NCBI GenBank assembly: GCA_025594325.1
Contig: JANHCV010000004.1
Location: 62,001-126,000, forward strand
Length of the DNA: 64,000 nucleotides
Direction: 5' to 3'
From: Blastocladiella emersonii ATCC 22665
Lineage: Eukaryota > Fungi > Blastocladiomycota
Shown here: positions 38,751 to 52,031 of the stretch, piece by piece
How the letters are laid out: each line of letters starts with the position of its first letter
How positions within the stretch are numbered: position 1 is the first letter of the stretch
Made by a program: the position numbers and the translations under genes
The notes under the pieces: model-generated
What the model saw: the letters and a program-made list of their open reading frames with translations, nothing else
The model's database searches: none
Told to the model about the DNA's origin: nothing

Positions 38751-39883
38751 ATGGGCGCATGCCTGTCGACCGACGATGCTGCTGCCACGAGCCGGAACGC
38801 CGAGATTGAGCGCCAGATCCAGCTCGACGCGGAAAAGTTCAAGCGCGAGTGCAAGATCCTGCTGCTCGGCTCGGGCGAGAGCGGCAAGAGCACCATTGTC
38901 AAGCAGATGAAGATCATCCACCAGAACGGCTACTCGCGCGAGGAGCTGCTCGGCTACCGCTCCACCGTCTTCTCCAACACGATTGACTCGATGCGCGCCC
39001 TCATCGAGGCCCTGCGCACCCTGGCCCTCGACTACGAGCTCGAGGCCAACCGCCCGCTCGCCGAGCGCTTCCTCGACCTCGTCGACTCGCGCAAGCTCAA
39101 CCCCGACGACCCGCGCCTGCTCCCCGAGGCCGCCTCCATCATCGAGTCCATCTGGAAGGACCCCATGATCCCGCGCGCCCTCGCCCGCTCCTCCGAGTTC
39201 TACATGCTCGACTCGGCGCCCTACTTTTTCAGCGAGATCCGCCGGATAGCCGCGCCCGAGTACATTCCCAACGAGCAGGACGTGCTGCGCGCGCGTATCA
39301 AGACCACGGGCATCATCGAGACGCGCTTCACCATGGGCCAGCTGCAGATCCAGTACGTTTGTTCTTGTTCTACTGGAGGCGACTCGAGAACTGACGAGTG
39401 CGACGCGTGTGTAGCATGTTCGACGTGGGCGGGCAGCGCAGCGAACGGAAAAAGTGGATCCACTGCTTCGAGGCGGTCACGTCCATCATCTTCTGCGTGG
39501 CGCTGTCCGAGTACGACCAGACGCTGCTCGAGGACAGCACGCAGAACCGCATGGCCGAGTCGCTGGTGCTGTTCGAGTCGGTCATCAACTCGCGGTGGTT
39601 CATGCGCACGTCCATCATCCTGTTCCTCAACAAGGTCGACCTGTTCAAGGAGAAGCTCACCAAGGTGCCGCTGGCCCGCTACTTTGAGGACTTTACCGGC
39701 GGCGACGACCTCAACAAGGCGGCCAAGTACGTGCTGTACAAGTTCACGCTGCTCAACCGCGCCAAGTTGAAGATCTACCCGCACCTGACGTGCGCCACCG
39801 ACACGTCCAACATCCGCCTCGTCTTTGCCGCCGTCAAGGACACGATCCTGCAGAACGCGCTCAAGGACAGCGGCATCCTGTAG
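38751..39883 (+). CDS. Heterotrimeric G-protein alpha subunit, fungal group III (cAMP-pathway type); intron 39353-39414
   Basis: MGACLS myristoylation/palmitoylation start, [24 protein letters not shown], spliced [31 protein letters not shown] and C-terminal NALKDSGIL. Confidence 0.96.
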
Positions 39884-40954
39884 CGGCACCCCGCATCTGC
39901 CCGCTCGAGCTCCGCCTGCCTGCCCTCCCTCTCTCCATTTTGTCTCTGCTAAACGCGCCCGCGGCCGCCGAGCCGATGCGCTCCCCCTCTCCTCTGCCCG
40001 CCCCGCCCTCCCTGGATAATGCCCGACTCGCTCGCTCGCCTCCTCTGCTCCATTTCCCGTCGCTCTCGCCCTTCCACCGTTTCTCTATATGTATCATAGC
40101 TTTGGATGTCCCTGCCTTGTTTGACGCGAGTGAGCGGGCCGCTAAATCAGTTTGGGAGACAGTCACGTGCGGCGAGACGTGAGACGCGACGCGTCGCGCC
40201 CTCGGCGCCGCGTTTCACCGCGCCGCGGTCCCTCGCCGCGGTCCCTCGCCGCGGCAAAGAGCGTGCCGTACCCCCCGCGCCATAAACGGCACCTCATTGT
40301 TCGGTGGATTCGATTGCTGTAGCCGAGTGCGCGGCTCGCGTGCCCACCGGGAGACGCGCAACACTTCGCCTCGACTCGGCTCGCGCCTTGCCCACCCCGC
40401 GACCGAACACACGCAACAGCTCATACCCCATACCCCACGTCGTCCGGCCGCGAGTGTGGCGCAGCGCGCTCGACTCTGCTCTCTCTCGATCCCCTTGCGC
40501 TCGCTCACTGTGCCCCGGACTCGGCTCCCCACTACCCGCCCCCCTTCCGCGCCTCCCGCCTACCCCGGCCCGCCGACTTGCCGCATCCGGGCCCTACCCG
40601 ACCCGGCCTCCCGATCCACCCGCGTATCCATACCCGCGCCGGATCCACGCGACGACCAGTGTACGTCGACTTCGAGCAGGGTCCCCACGCGTCTCCTCCC
40701 CGGCCGCCCGTGTCTCGCGTCTCGCGTCGCGTCTCGCGTCGCGCCACCGACCTCTCTCCTCGCGCGCGTCCCGGATCGCTGCTCTACTCTGATCCCATGT
40801 AACTCGCCCCTGCCCGGCCTCGCGACATCCTGCAATCCGCTGGCTGACTCGACCCCCGTCGACTGCTCCAGCTAGATCCGCTCGCGCGCTACTACACTCG
40901 ACGCACCACCGCGTGCTGCTGGCCAGCTCCGCGTCCATCCACACCTACCCGCCC

Positions 40955-43900
40955 ATGAGCGCACCTCGAGACCCGGGCCGCGGCCCGCCGCCCGCTGCTG
41001 CAAGGCAACCGCGGCCGTGCACCGCCCCCGCCGCCTCCGCCATCCACCGCGCGCTCGTCGTCGGCGGCATGCTGCTCGGCCTCCTACTCCTCGCCTCGAC
41101 CGCCGCTGCGCAGACGGCTACTATCCGCTACTATGTCTCGCCGACGGGAAGCGACACCAACGACTGCCTCGCGTCCACGACCGGCCGCGTGTGCAAGACG
41201 CTGCAGCGCGCGCTCAACCTCGCACCGACTACGGGCGCCGAGATCATCATGGCCCCCGGCAACTACTCGGGTCCGGGGAACGTCGGGCTCACGTTCCCGG
41301 GCAAGACCGTCAAGTACGTTTAGTCGCGATTCTCGGCGTGGGACCGCGATACTGAGCCTCACCGTCGCACGCATAGCATCACGGCGCCCGGCGGGAGCGG
41401 GTCCACCTTCATCGACGGGCAGAGGACGAGCCAGATCTTCCGCCTCGTGGCCGGCGAAGCCGGATGGGTCGACGGGCTCACCATCACGCGGTACGTGTGC
41501 TCGACGCGATGAGCGGCTCTCGGGCGAGTCTGACGCGATCGTTTACGGATGTAGAGGTCAGTCGATCAGCGGCGGATGCGCGCTCTACAAGCAGTCGACG
41601 CTGGTCCGTACCCTCCGCACGGCATGGTCAAGAACCTCGTCCTGACCGACTCTCGCACGCCTCCGCGTAGAGCTTCCGCAACAGTGTCTTCGAGGCGTGC
41701 CAGGCCCTCAACCAGGGCACCGCGAGCAACAACAGTACGCCGCTGCCACACGCGTCGCACGTCTCGCTGGCTTTGCTTACTAACACCGGGACCGCGTGTA
41801 GCCGAGACGTTCGCCGAGGGAGGAGGCGCGCTGTACATTCTGCAGGCCGCGCCCAAGTTCGTCAACGTCACGTTCCAGTACAACTGGGCCAACCAGGCCG
41901 CCTCGAGCGCGTGGCTCGACAACGGCGGCGATGCCGGTACGCGCCGCCTTCACACGGCCATCATCGATGACGGACGAATCTGACCACAGCCACGACCGCG
42001 TAGAGTTCACCGACTGCAAGTTCCTGTACGAGCGCGCCGAGTCGTTTGGCGGGTCCATCGTGCCCGAGGGCACCAGTTACCCCAAGTTCACCAACTGCCT
42101 GTGGAACGGGTGCTTCTCCAAGTTCGGCGGCAGCATCGACACGGGGTCCACGTCGCGCGCCGAGTTCTGGGGCGTGACCGTGGCCAACTCGACGGGCCAG
42201 CGCGGCGGCGCCGTGTACCACTACAACATGGACAACGTCAAGTTCTACAACTCGCGCTTCATCAACAACACGGCCGAGACCAACGGCGGCGCCGTCGTCT
42301 TCTCGCTCTCGGTCAACAGCACCTACGTCAACTGCACCTTCGAGAACAACGTGGCCGGCGGCGTCGGCGGCGCCGTGTACGCCGAGGCCAGCTCCACCCC
42401 GCGCTTCTTCAGCACCACCTTCCTCCACAACACGGCGCCTGGCGGCGGCGGCGGCTACTTCAGCCGCGGCAACACCAAGACCGCCTTCAACGACTGCGCC
42501 TTTGTCAACAACACGGCCATCTACGGCGGCGCGCTGCTGTTCGAGGACTCGTCGATTGTCAACATCAACAACATGACGTGCACGGGCAACTCGGTCAACC
42601 TCGACGGCGGCTGCGTCAAGTTCCAGAACAGCGTGAACCTGACGGCCACCAACTCGTACATTGCCCGGAACTCGGCGACGACCGAGGGCGGCGGGATCCA
42701 GGTCGACTCGAGCAGCGTGATTACCAGTACCAACAACGTGATCGAGAACAACAAGGCGGGCACGATTGGCGGTGGCGTGTACCTGACAAGCACGGCGCAG
42801 GGCACCTTCACCAACACGGTGATCCGCAGCAACTCGGCGGCCAAGGGTGGCGGGTTCGGGCTCGGCAGCCGCGCATCGGCCACCTTCAACGGCGTCAAGC
42901 TCACGTCCAACACGGCGGGGCTCGGCGGCGGCATGTACACGTCGAGCTCGCAAGGGTTCACGGCCACGGCCGCATCCAACATGTCCTTCAACACGGCGCA
43001 GTTTGGCGGCGCCATCTTCTTTGACAGCAACTCGAACCAGAACACGATCACGGGCGGGACCGTCAGCGGCAACTCGGCCAAGGCCGGCGCCGCCTTCTTC
43101 TACAACGTGTGGGACCGCCTGCTCAACTACACGGGCACGAGCTTCACGGGCAACACGGCGCTGTACGGCCCGATCGAGGCGACCAAGCCGTGGCGCATGG
43201 TCAACATCAACGACTTGCGGCCGGGCTACTCGCCCAAGGACCGCTTCTCCATCTCGCTCAAGCTCGTCGACTACTTCCAGAACGTGGCCGTCGACACGCC
43301 CGACCAGGTGATTGTGACGATCGAGGGCCAGGGCGGGCTGCAGGTCGACTCGTCGATCCCGCGCCAGGGGTTCCAGGACGGCCTCGCCATCTTTGACAGC
43401 GTGATCGTGGCGGGGACGCTCAACAACGTGTACACGCTGAGCGCCGTGTCCAACTCGCTGCCGACGCTCAACTTCACGATCCAGGTCCTCAGCTGCGGAC
43501 CGGGCTACCAGAAGACGTCGCTCGCCAGCGACCCCGTGTACCGGTGCACGCAGTGCCAGCCGGGCACCTACTCGCTTGTCGCCGACTCGCAGTGCTACCC
43601 GTGCCCGACGGGCGCCGACTGCACCTCGGGCGGCGCCAACATCACGGCGCTCGAGGGATTCTGGATGGACCCGCGCTCGCTCGCCGACCTCAACCCGAAG
43701 CTGTACCGCTGCAAGTCGGGCAACTGCCTCGAAAAGTCGCAGTGCGCCGCCAACCGCTACGGCCGCCTGTGCTCGACGTGCGAGGACGGCTACAGTGAGT
43801 GGAACAGCAAGTGCCAGGACTGCACGCTCACGTCGCCCGGGTGGATGATGGCGCCGCTCATGTCGGGCATCATGTATGCCGCGTTCCGTACGTTGCTTCG

Positions 43901-45520
43901 CACCATTCCCGCCCGTCTGCCTTGACCCGAGTACTCGACTGACCCGTTGTCGTCCGCCGAAAATAGTCGTGCGGTACCCGCGGCTCACGGAAGCCGGTAT
44001 CCCCAAGTCGCTCGTCTTCTTCATCCAGTCGGCCATCATCCTGGTCGCCAACGACAAGCGCGTGTCGGCGCAGTCGTTCCTGCAGACGTTCAACGTGGCG
44101 TTCGACTGGATCATCAACCTCGACTACCGGTCGCGGTGCGTGCTCAACCTGTCGGCGCTGCCGCGGCTCGCCTACGACTTTTTCGCGCCGTCGACGCCCA
44201 TCATCGGCGTCGTGCTTTGCTACATTGTCATGCGCCTGTACCACGCCATCTTCCTGCACGCGCCCATGACCTCGTACTGGAACTGGCGAGTCATTGCCGC
44301 GTTCGTGTGGGTGCTGCTGTGGGGCTACATCATGGTCGCCAAGGCCACGTTCAACCTGCTCAAGTACGATCGATTGCTTGCTCGGGAGGGAGGGAGTTTT
44401 CGGCGGCGACGACTGACTTGATCTTGCGTTCGGGCTACCTGTAGCTGCATCCAGATAGGTGACGCACACGTCCTCGCGGCCGCGCCGGGTATCGTCTGTG
44501 GCAGTCCCGAGCACGTCCCGTACCAGGCCTTTGGTACGCCGAGAACTCGATCCGAGTCCCGCTGATCCACGACTCACTCACTCATTGCCAACCTATGTAG
44601 CGTGGGTCGTCGTCATCTTCTACATTCTCGGGCTCCCCGCGCTGTGCGCCGGGCTGCTCGTGTACTCGCGCAAGCGACTGATGGCGGACCCCAACTACCC
44701 GCTGGTCAAGGAGCTGTACCGGTCGTTCCAGCCGTCGCTGTGGTACTTTGAGATTGTGCTGACGCTGCGCAAGCTGCTCCTGACGCTGCTCGACGTGTTC
44801 CTCGCGCCGTTCGAGGCCGAGCACGCGCTGGCGCTGGCCGTCTTCTTCTACGCCATCTTCATTGTGCAGTACGCGACGCAGCCGTTCAAGAACCGGCTGT
44901 TCAACCGCGCCGAGGACTTCTTGCTCATGACGCTGATCCTCATGGCGGGGCTGTCCATGGGCGACACGATGCGCACCAACTACCTGTCGACCATGGACAT
45001 TCTTGGGGCGTCGTACGGGTTCGTGGTGATCGGGATCGTGGTCGTGCTCACGTTCATCGTGATGCTCACCAACACGGGGTCGCGCGTCGTGGCCAAGTTT
45101 GTGCAGAGCCACCCGGTCATTGCGCGGTCCATCAACAACATTGCCGCGGCCAAGGAGCGCGTCGCCGCCATGGGCTCGACGTACAGCATGCACGCGTCGC
45201 CCAAGGGCTCGATCGGCGCGCTCTCGTCCAAGAGCGGCAAGCACGGCGGCGGCGGCACCACGTCGCCCAAGGGCGGCGCGTCGACGCCGACCAAGAAGGC
45301 GTCCATGTCGCAGGAGCTCCACGCGACGAGCGGCCATCTCAAGTCGGCCATGAAGAACAGCCCCAGCATGCAGGGCGTCGTCAAGTCGTCGGCACTCGCC
45401 GAGGCCCGCGACTCGCGCGAGGCGCCACCATCGCCCACCGAGAAGCCCACCATCATGGTCACGCCAACGACCGTCGCCCGGCCACCACGGTCCGAGGGCG
45501 AAGAGGAGGCGGGACGGTGA
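40955..45520 (+). CDS. Surface receptor-like protein: N-terminal hydrophobic segment, right-handed beta-helix (Pmp-like GGA/FxxN repeats), Cys-rich stalk, multi-pass TM domain and cytosolic tail; multi-exon
   Basis: YYVSPTGSDTNDC start motif, many FINNTAETNGGAV/NNVAGGVGGAVY/FVNNTAIYGGAL repeats, CPTGADC..GFW..LYRC..C..NRYGRLCSTC, and a TM region with LYRSFQPSLWYFEIVLTLRKLLL..QPFKNRLFN. Confidence 0.85.
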
Positions 45521-46015
45521 TCGTTTCCACCAGAGACGGACCTGTCCATGTGGCTGCCGGGCTGTTTACTTGTCTTGTCCATACATCAATCGCATCGTTG
45601 TCCACCACGCTCTCGCAGATCATCAGCTCGGTCGAGATAAGACGTCGAGGTTGGCGTCGAGTGGCGGAGCGGAGACCTTGTGTCGGTTTCAGATCATGTG
45701 CGAGAGAACGGCGCGTCCACAGACCCACTTGTCCGGACCCTTGACTTCCTCTCAAGCTCTTGTTACCGCATGACTTCGTTCGCGCGAGAGAATGTGATTT
45801 ATTTCGTGCCCGCCTCCGGAGATCGCACCGCGAGAAACTGTGCGCAGCGGAACAGAAATCAACGGCTACGGGAGCGACTTGAAGTCCGAGGACTCGTGCT
45901 GCGAGATGCGGCCCGCGCGATGTGCAGCAGTTTTGTGACCACGAGCCCGCGCGACATCGCGCCGAAGTTGCCCAGCGTTTCGGCCTTCGTCGTTGCGCCG
46001 CGTTGCGGAATGCGA

Positions 46016-48140
46016 TTACGCCGTCGCCGCCCACCCGGCCCGTGTCGCGAGCATCGGCTGGAACAGCGCGGTCAGCTCCTTGTTGAGCTCGACGACCTGG
46101 TCGGCGATGCGGCGGCACAGCTCATCCGCGTACTGCTCGCGAGTGCTGTGCTGCCTGGGCATGACGATGAAGAAGAGACGGCCGAGGCGCTTTCGGGAGA
46201 CTAGGCGATGCCGCGCACGAGGTGGTCAGCAAATCCTCGTCCAGCGACCAGGTGACGCGCGCGGGAAGATGCGGACCACAGATGGGGGTTGAGTTGAACC
46301 TCGAGCGTGCAACAACGATCGCGAAGGAGCCGTTGTAGCCGGCGAGAAAGCGATGTAGGAGACCCATGACGAGGACGGGAAGGAGACGACCTCGGGAGGC
46401 TGCAGTCCGTGGAGCGATGGACAGCGTTAGTACGCGACTACACCTTACACACGGCGCTCGAGTAACCCCTGGAGTCGAGTTGCGAATCGAAGAACGAAAT
46501 TGATGACCAGGGGGTTGAAGAACGGGACCCCCGCGGGCGCAAACTTGTCGAACAGCTGGGCTACGCTCGTTCCAATGAAACTGTCACCGAGTGCGCCAGG
46601 ATGAGAGGCCCGGACGGTCATGGTGAGGGATTTGGGGATGGCCGACCGACGGAAGACCTTGACGGCGGTGCCAGGAGCGCCTTGACTACGAGCTGGGCGC
46701 GGTAAATCGAGGGCACGTTGCGCGCTCGAAGTCCAGCAAGCCCGCGAGGACCCCGAAAACAGCCTTTTCAACGCGGCGGGAACGACGGGATATACCGCAA
46801 ACGGTCGGCTCAGCGCGACGCCGGTGGTATGAAGACGCCGTGTGCGATGGCGAGGCACGGGGCGCAGTAGGTGCTCAGCATACACGCGGTGAGGAAGGGT
46901 CTCGAACAACATTGCGACATGCCAGGACAGCGAGTGAGCGCTCGATCTGAGCGCCGAAGTCAGTGTCGCTAGTGTACCCTAAGCTCCAGCATCCGGGGGA
47001 TCAGTCGCAGGGTCGACTGCGTCACCGGATCCCACCTCGAAGTCTCACCCACGAGCTCAGAAAGCAACACGGCCGCCCAGCGCGGCGGTAAAGTGCTCGG
47101 CGTCCTCGGATCCCGAGCGCAGGTGCAACTCCGGCATGTCGCGAGCTGGTCGCGCCGCACGACGAACGCGTGGAAGGCCCGGGTGGCAGTACACGGCGCA
47201 GTTCTCGGCCCCGTCAGTCGGTGGAGTGGAAGCGAGTTACTCGGCCACGGGGAGCGTCAACTGGGAGATGCGAGTGCACGACGCTGCGAGTTCGGGCGGC
47301 AGCAGGCGCGCAGGCCCGGCGTGTGCAGCGGCGCGTCGACGACGGACGCGGCCGATGCAACTACTGCTGCTGCGAATGCATTGCATCGAGTGGGGACGAG
47401 TTCATGGGCTGAGTTCGTTGCATCGGAGGGGTGAGAGAGGGGAGGTGAGTGCGGCGAAGGCGGGAGAGATCACGCCGGCATGAGCGCCGCGTCGCCGTCG
47501 AGTCTTCCGCGGGCAACGTACAACCAGGCACCGAGCGAAAGAGCGAGCTGTTAGCACGGATCGGACATCAAAGTAGCAACGCAGGCCCCACAGGGGTTAC
47601 GCATATCTAGGCGCCCGTCGGCGGCGCCCAGCGTCCATGAGAGGGACGCGAGCAACCAGTGACGGGCGGCCTCGAAAGAGCTGCTGGTACGGGCGCGGAG
47701 GATGGTGCGAGAGAGGGGAGGGGAGAAAAATGTTAGTAGTACTGTACTGCACGCGTGCGTGGCGTGCGTGTTCCGCCCCCGGCGGTCCACGACTCCAGTC
47801 ATACGCTGCCCGCGCGCGCACGCATGGGTATACGTCCTCGTCGTGTCCGTCCGATCGGCCGCCCCGTGGCGGGGAGCTGCGTGAGGCGTGCGGATGCGCC
47901 CGGCACCCGCAACGCACGCTCGCGCCCCGCTGTCGAAGCCCTGCCGGTGCTACTCCCGACACTTACGACAAGGTGGGACTCGGGCAGTCAGTCCCCTTGC
48001 GGTGTGGTCCGTGGTGAACCCCACCAGCCCCGATCAGAGAGATATCGTGCTGGTGTGGGGCGGAAGGTCCACCACCAGGCCTATAGTCGGCAGGGACGGG
48101 CGCGGCGACGGACACGGTGTGGGTGCGTTCATTGCATGGG
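46016..48140 (-). CDS. Putative multi-exon orphan gene or decaying gene; exon structure only partly resolved
   Basis: TATAAAA on the - strand (48225-48231), TACTAAC branch points (47732-47738, 46426-46432), plausible 53-nt introns (47548-47600, 46400-46452) and host-like codons in some exons. No complete continuous reading frame was established. Confidence 0.3.
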
Positions 48141-50298
48141 GTCGATTGAGGGGAGGTGGGTGGGTCGGGACAGTGCGCTACGTGAGGAGCGAGAGCGAGA
48201 GGGTGGGCGGGGCGACGGCGCCGGTTTTATAGGGCGTCCGCGCCGCCTCTCTGTTCGACGCGTCGCGCGCGCTGCGCCACAGCAAACCGCGGAGGGCGCG
48301 AACGCCGCTGCAACGCAACACTCGGGCGCGCTCGGCGAACAAGAAGGCGCGCCGCCCGGCAAGGCTCGTGGCCAAATATGAGTAAGCAATGCACAGCGAG
48401 CAGGTCTTGGCGCTCCCGGTGCGGAGATTCGAGGAGGGAGACGGCGGCGCGACGCGTCCGGTGCGAGGATCAAGCAAGGTGGGCGACCCCGGCGCGCCGC
48501 GGGGGCATCGAGCCCCGAACTCGATGCAACGGCTCATTTGGGCAGGCAGACGTGGCGGCGAGCAAAGTGTATCGGATCTTCGTCAATGTCGATGCGGGCC
48601 ACGTCAGTTTGACGCGTAGCGCACCGGCGGAAGACAACGTGGAAGCCTCGATCGTGGCCGCGCGCGACGCGCCAAGTGGGCGACAAGTGCCGTTATGGGG
48701 TGCTGCCAAGAGGGAGACGCGGCGGCGAGGTGCCGAAACCGGACGCGACGCGCGGCGGCGGCGATGCGCGACGCGTCTCCCCCCGCGGTCGCGTGACGTG
48801 AGACGCCTTCGGCGTGACCGACCCCTGAAGATCATCAACCAGAACCAAGTCTCGCCGGGAGGCTATCCGCGTGGTCACGGCGGCTGCACGACGAGGATCT
48901 CGCGCGAGCGAGCGACTCGGCGGGCTGTGACGATGGCGAGAGCCGTGGGGGAAGGGCGGGACACTTCTCAGAGCGGTAAGCAGTCAAGGGAAGCGCTCGA
49001 GCGGGAGTGCACGGAGATGCAGCGAAGCCTCGGGGTTGCCGGCGAGGATGGCGGCACCGTGGAGGCGCGCGAGAGCGAGCCTGCCCACAAGGACGGCCGG
49101 GAAGGTCGGCAGGATGCATTGCAGCGAGTGGTTCGGCCACGAGAAGCCGTCTCGGGTGCAGAGAAGGCGGGTCGAGTGTGAAGGCGGCCGAGCGGGTCGG
49201 CGCCGCCCGTGAGCGAGCGACCGCACCTCGCTAAGAGCACCCGTCCCACGTAGACCTGCAACGCGACGCGTTTCGGCGCGCGTTTCCCGTGACGTTGCTC
49301 TTCGGCGCACTCATGAGAAAGTGCGTCGAGCGCGTCTCCGGGTCGCCCCGTCAGGGGTCGTCAACGAGCGGGCGAGCTCAGAGGTCGGTGGCGGGCCACG
49401 CCGCGCGCTCGCAGCAGCCGTGACGGCGGGGCCGGCTGCGCACTCTCACGCAACCGTCTCACGAATGAACGAGACCGAAAGCATGGATGAAAATGAATGC
49501 TCCAAAGAGGTGTTCGAGATGCAAGTCCAGGGCGTGGAATCCTCACGGATGGGCGCCGGTTTGCAGGCGCGCGGCGGGGGACTGCGCTCGAGGTGCCGCA
49601 GCGGCAGGCCCATCCTCGGCCCCGGTCCCCGTATGCGTCTATCTCGGTCGGCCTAGCAGTGCGGCATGAAGGCTCAAGGACGAGTCCTGAGCGGGTGGCC
49701 ACCGTCGCGGAGCACTCGCCGCGGGACGCCAGCACCGACCCAGGATGCAGTGCGGGTCGGCCGCAGCGCGCTGCAGGCACTTTCGGGTGCGATTACGAGT
49801 CGCTTTGGGTGCTGCCGAGAGGAGCGGCGACGTCCGATCGCGCCAGAAGCAGTCTCGGAGGCCGTGGGAACGCGGGGGAGGCTCGGCGCCGACGTGTTGC
49901 TGCTGGTCGCGTGCGTGGCGGCGCCGGAGCCCTTCTCCACCTCACCATCTCGCCAGCGGCTCTCGCTCGTTGCCGGAGCGCACCCAGCGTAGTCGTTCGT
50001 TCTCTGCCCGCTACTCCCTCCTCGGCGTAGTGTCGCTCGCGGGCGATCCCGACCTTCTCCGACCTTGCGGGGTGGCGCGTCGCGCCGACGCGTGTGCCGC
50101 GCGGCGCGTCGCTCAGAAGTCGGGAGACGACGCGCCACGTGGGCCCGCCTTCGCTCCTCCACCCCTTGCTTCTCTCGCTCTCTCCCCGGTGGCCATGAAT
50201 CTCACACACATCACGCCCATGTATCGCAGACCACTCCGCGCAACGTGTGCGCACCACCACCACGGCCGCCGTGACCGCGGTCTCGTTCCTCAACAACT

Positions 50299-52031
50299 TT
50301 GGTGCGACCTCGCTCGGCTTCACCGACTTCCTCTCCAACACCAAGATCTCGTCCTGCGGCCCGCTCGCCCCACGCACCGACTCTAAATATCTCTACATCC
50401 CGTGTGCGTCGCGCGCTGGCCATCGACTTTACCAAGAACCAGACGCTGCCGGTCGCCCTCGAGGTCGCGGCTACTGCAGCCACGCCTCGGGGCGCTACAC
50501 CCGCACCCGACTGCATCATCCTGGGCGGCGGCAAGCTCTACAGCTCCGCCCTCCGCGTCGTGACGACGCTGACCGCCGGCCACGCCGCGGCCGTCCTGTC
50601 CGACCTGTACTCGGCCCTCAAGGAGCCGACACTCGGGCTCGCCAAGATCTTCACCCTGCTCCTCGACTACTCTACTCTTCGCTCGATTGTTGTGATCGCC
50701 AGCACACTCCTCCGCGGCAACGCCACATCACTCGCCGCCTCGCTGTACTCCCACCTCCCTGTCGACTTTGCCACCCCGACTACCGCTGGCCCCGTTGCCG
50801 TGGCTCGACTCGACTACCTCACCACCATCGTCGCCCTGACCATCGCATTTGGCCTCATCACCACGCTCGCGCTGCGCCACGCGCGGCCCACCTCCAAGCT
50901 CGACTCGGGCATCCACGACGACCTCGACGCGTGCGACGCACGCGACTCCACCGTCGCCGACTCGGACGCCGAGACCCTCGTCGACGCGTCCCCCGACAAC
51001 TTCAAGACGGCCCTCGAGACCGACTGGAACAACAACGACGACGTGACCGTGTCGGGCAGCAGCACCACCACCACCACCACCATGTCCGACTCGACCTGCG
51101 CCAGCTCGCCCGCCTCGGTCCTCGCGCAGTCGGTCCTCGACCTCGACAGCATCAAGTCGGTGACCGTGCCCGAGTCCAAGATGCTGGTCGAACCCCCGGC
51201 CAAGACCGACATCCCCGCGTGCGACACCGTCCCGCGCCCCATCACCCCGACGACTGGGCCCTCCGCTGACGCGGGCCTCGCGCAGTCGGCTGGCTCGGCG
51301 ACTCCGATCATCCAGCCCGGAAACCCCAACATCACTAAGCCGGCGGCGGCGGCGGTGCTCGACGCCGAGGTCGCGCTGGCGACGGACCTCACGATCCCCG
51401 CGAGCGACCTCGGCTCGCGCCCCACCACCCCGACGACCGGCCTCGACATCGACAGCGCATCCATGACCATGCCCAAGACCCTGTCCAACGGCTACGAGAG
51501 CGGCTACGAGACCGACGCCTCGTGCTCCGACAGCGACTCGTCGGACGAGGACCAGTTCGGCTTCGAGACCCGCGGTGCCGCCTCGATCGACCAGCTGTCG
51601 TGCTCGGCCCTGTTCCGCAACGGCACCGACATGACGCCCACGGTCTCCGCCGACGTGTTCGCCCCCGCCCTCGCCCAGCCACTCGCGCTCGCACTCGCGC
51701 ACGAGATCTCGCCCGCCCCGCCGGCCCGCGCCATCAAGAAGACCAAGAAAAAAAGTCGGCGGCCGCCAAGAAGCCCACCGCTGCCGCCGCCACCGCGTAC
51801 GCGTCGCCCTCGTCATCCGACTCGGACCTGGCCGCCGCCGACTACGTCGCCATCAACTCGGCTGACGTCCTCGACGCCATGGACCGCGACGAGTACGTCA
51901 AGGTCGACGTGCGCGACTCGATCCCGACGCCCCGGCTGACCGACGCCAAGCTCGACGGGGAATACGAGGCGCTCGAGACGGCCGCGATTGCCGAGGAGAA
52001 GGACCGCGACGAGTTTGTGCTCGTTTTCTGA
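50299..52031 (+). CDS. Hypothetical Ser/Thr/Asp-rich protein with a predicted TM segment; reading frame broken at an A-run near 51750-51755; 5' end uncertain
   Basis: Strong host codon bias through the ORF 50299-51939. After the A-run the biased coding signal moves to the frame ending at 52031 (SAAAKKPTAAA..EFVLVF). Confidence 0.5.
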
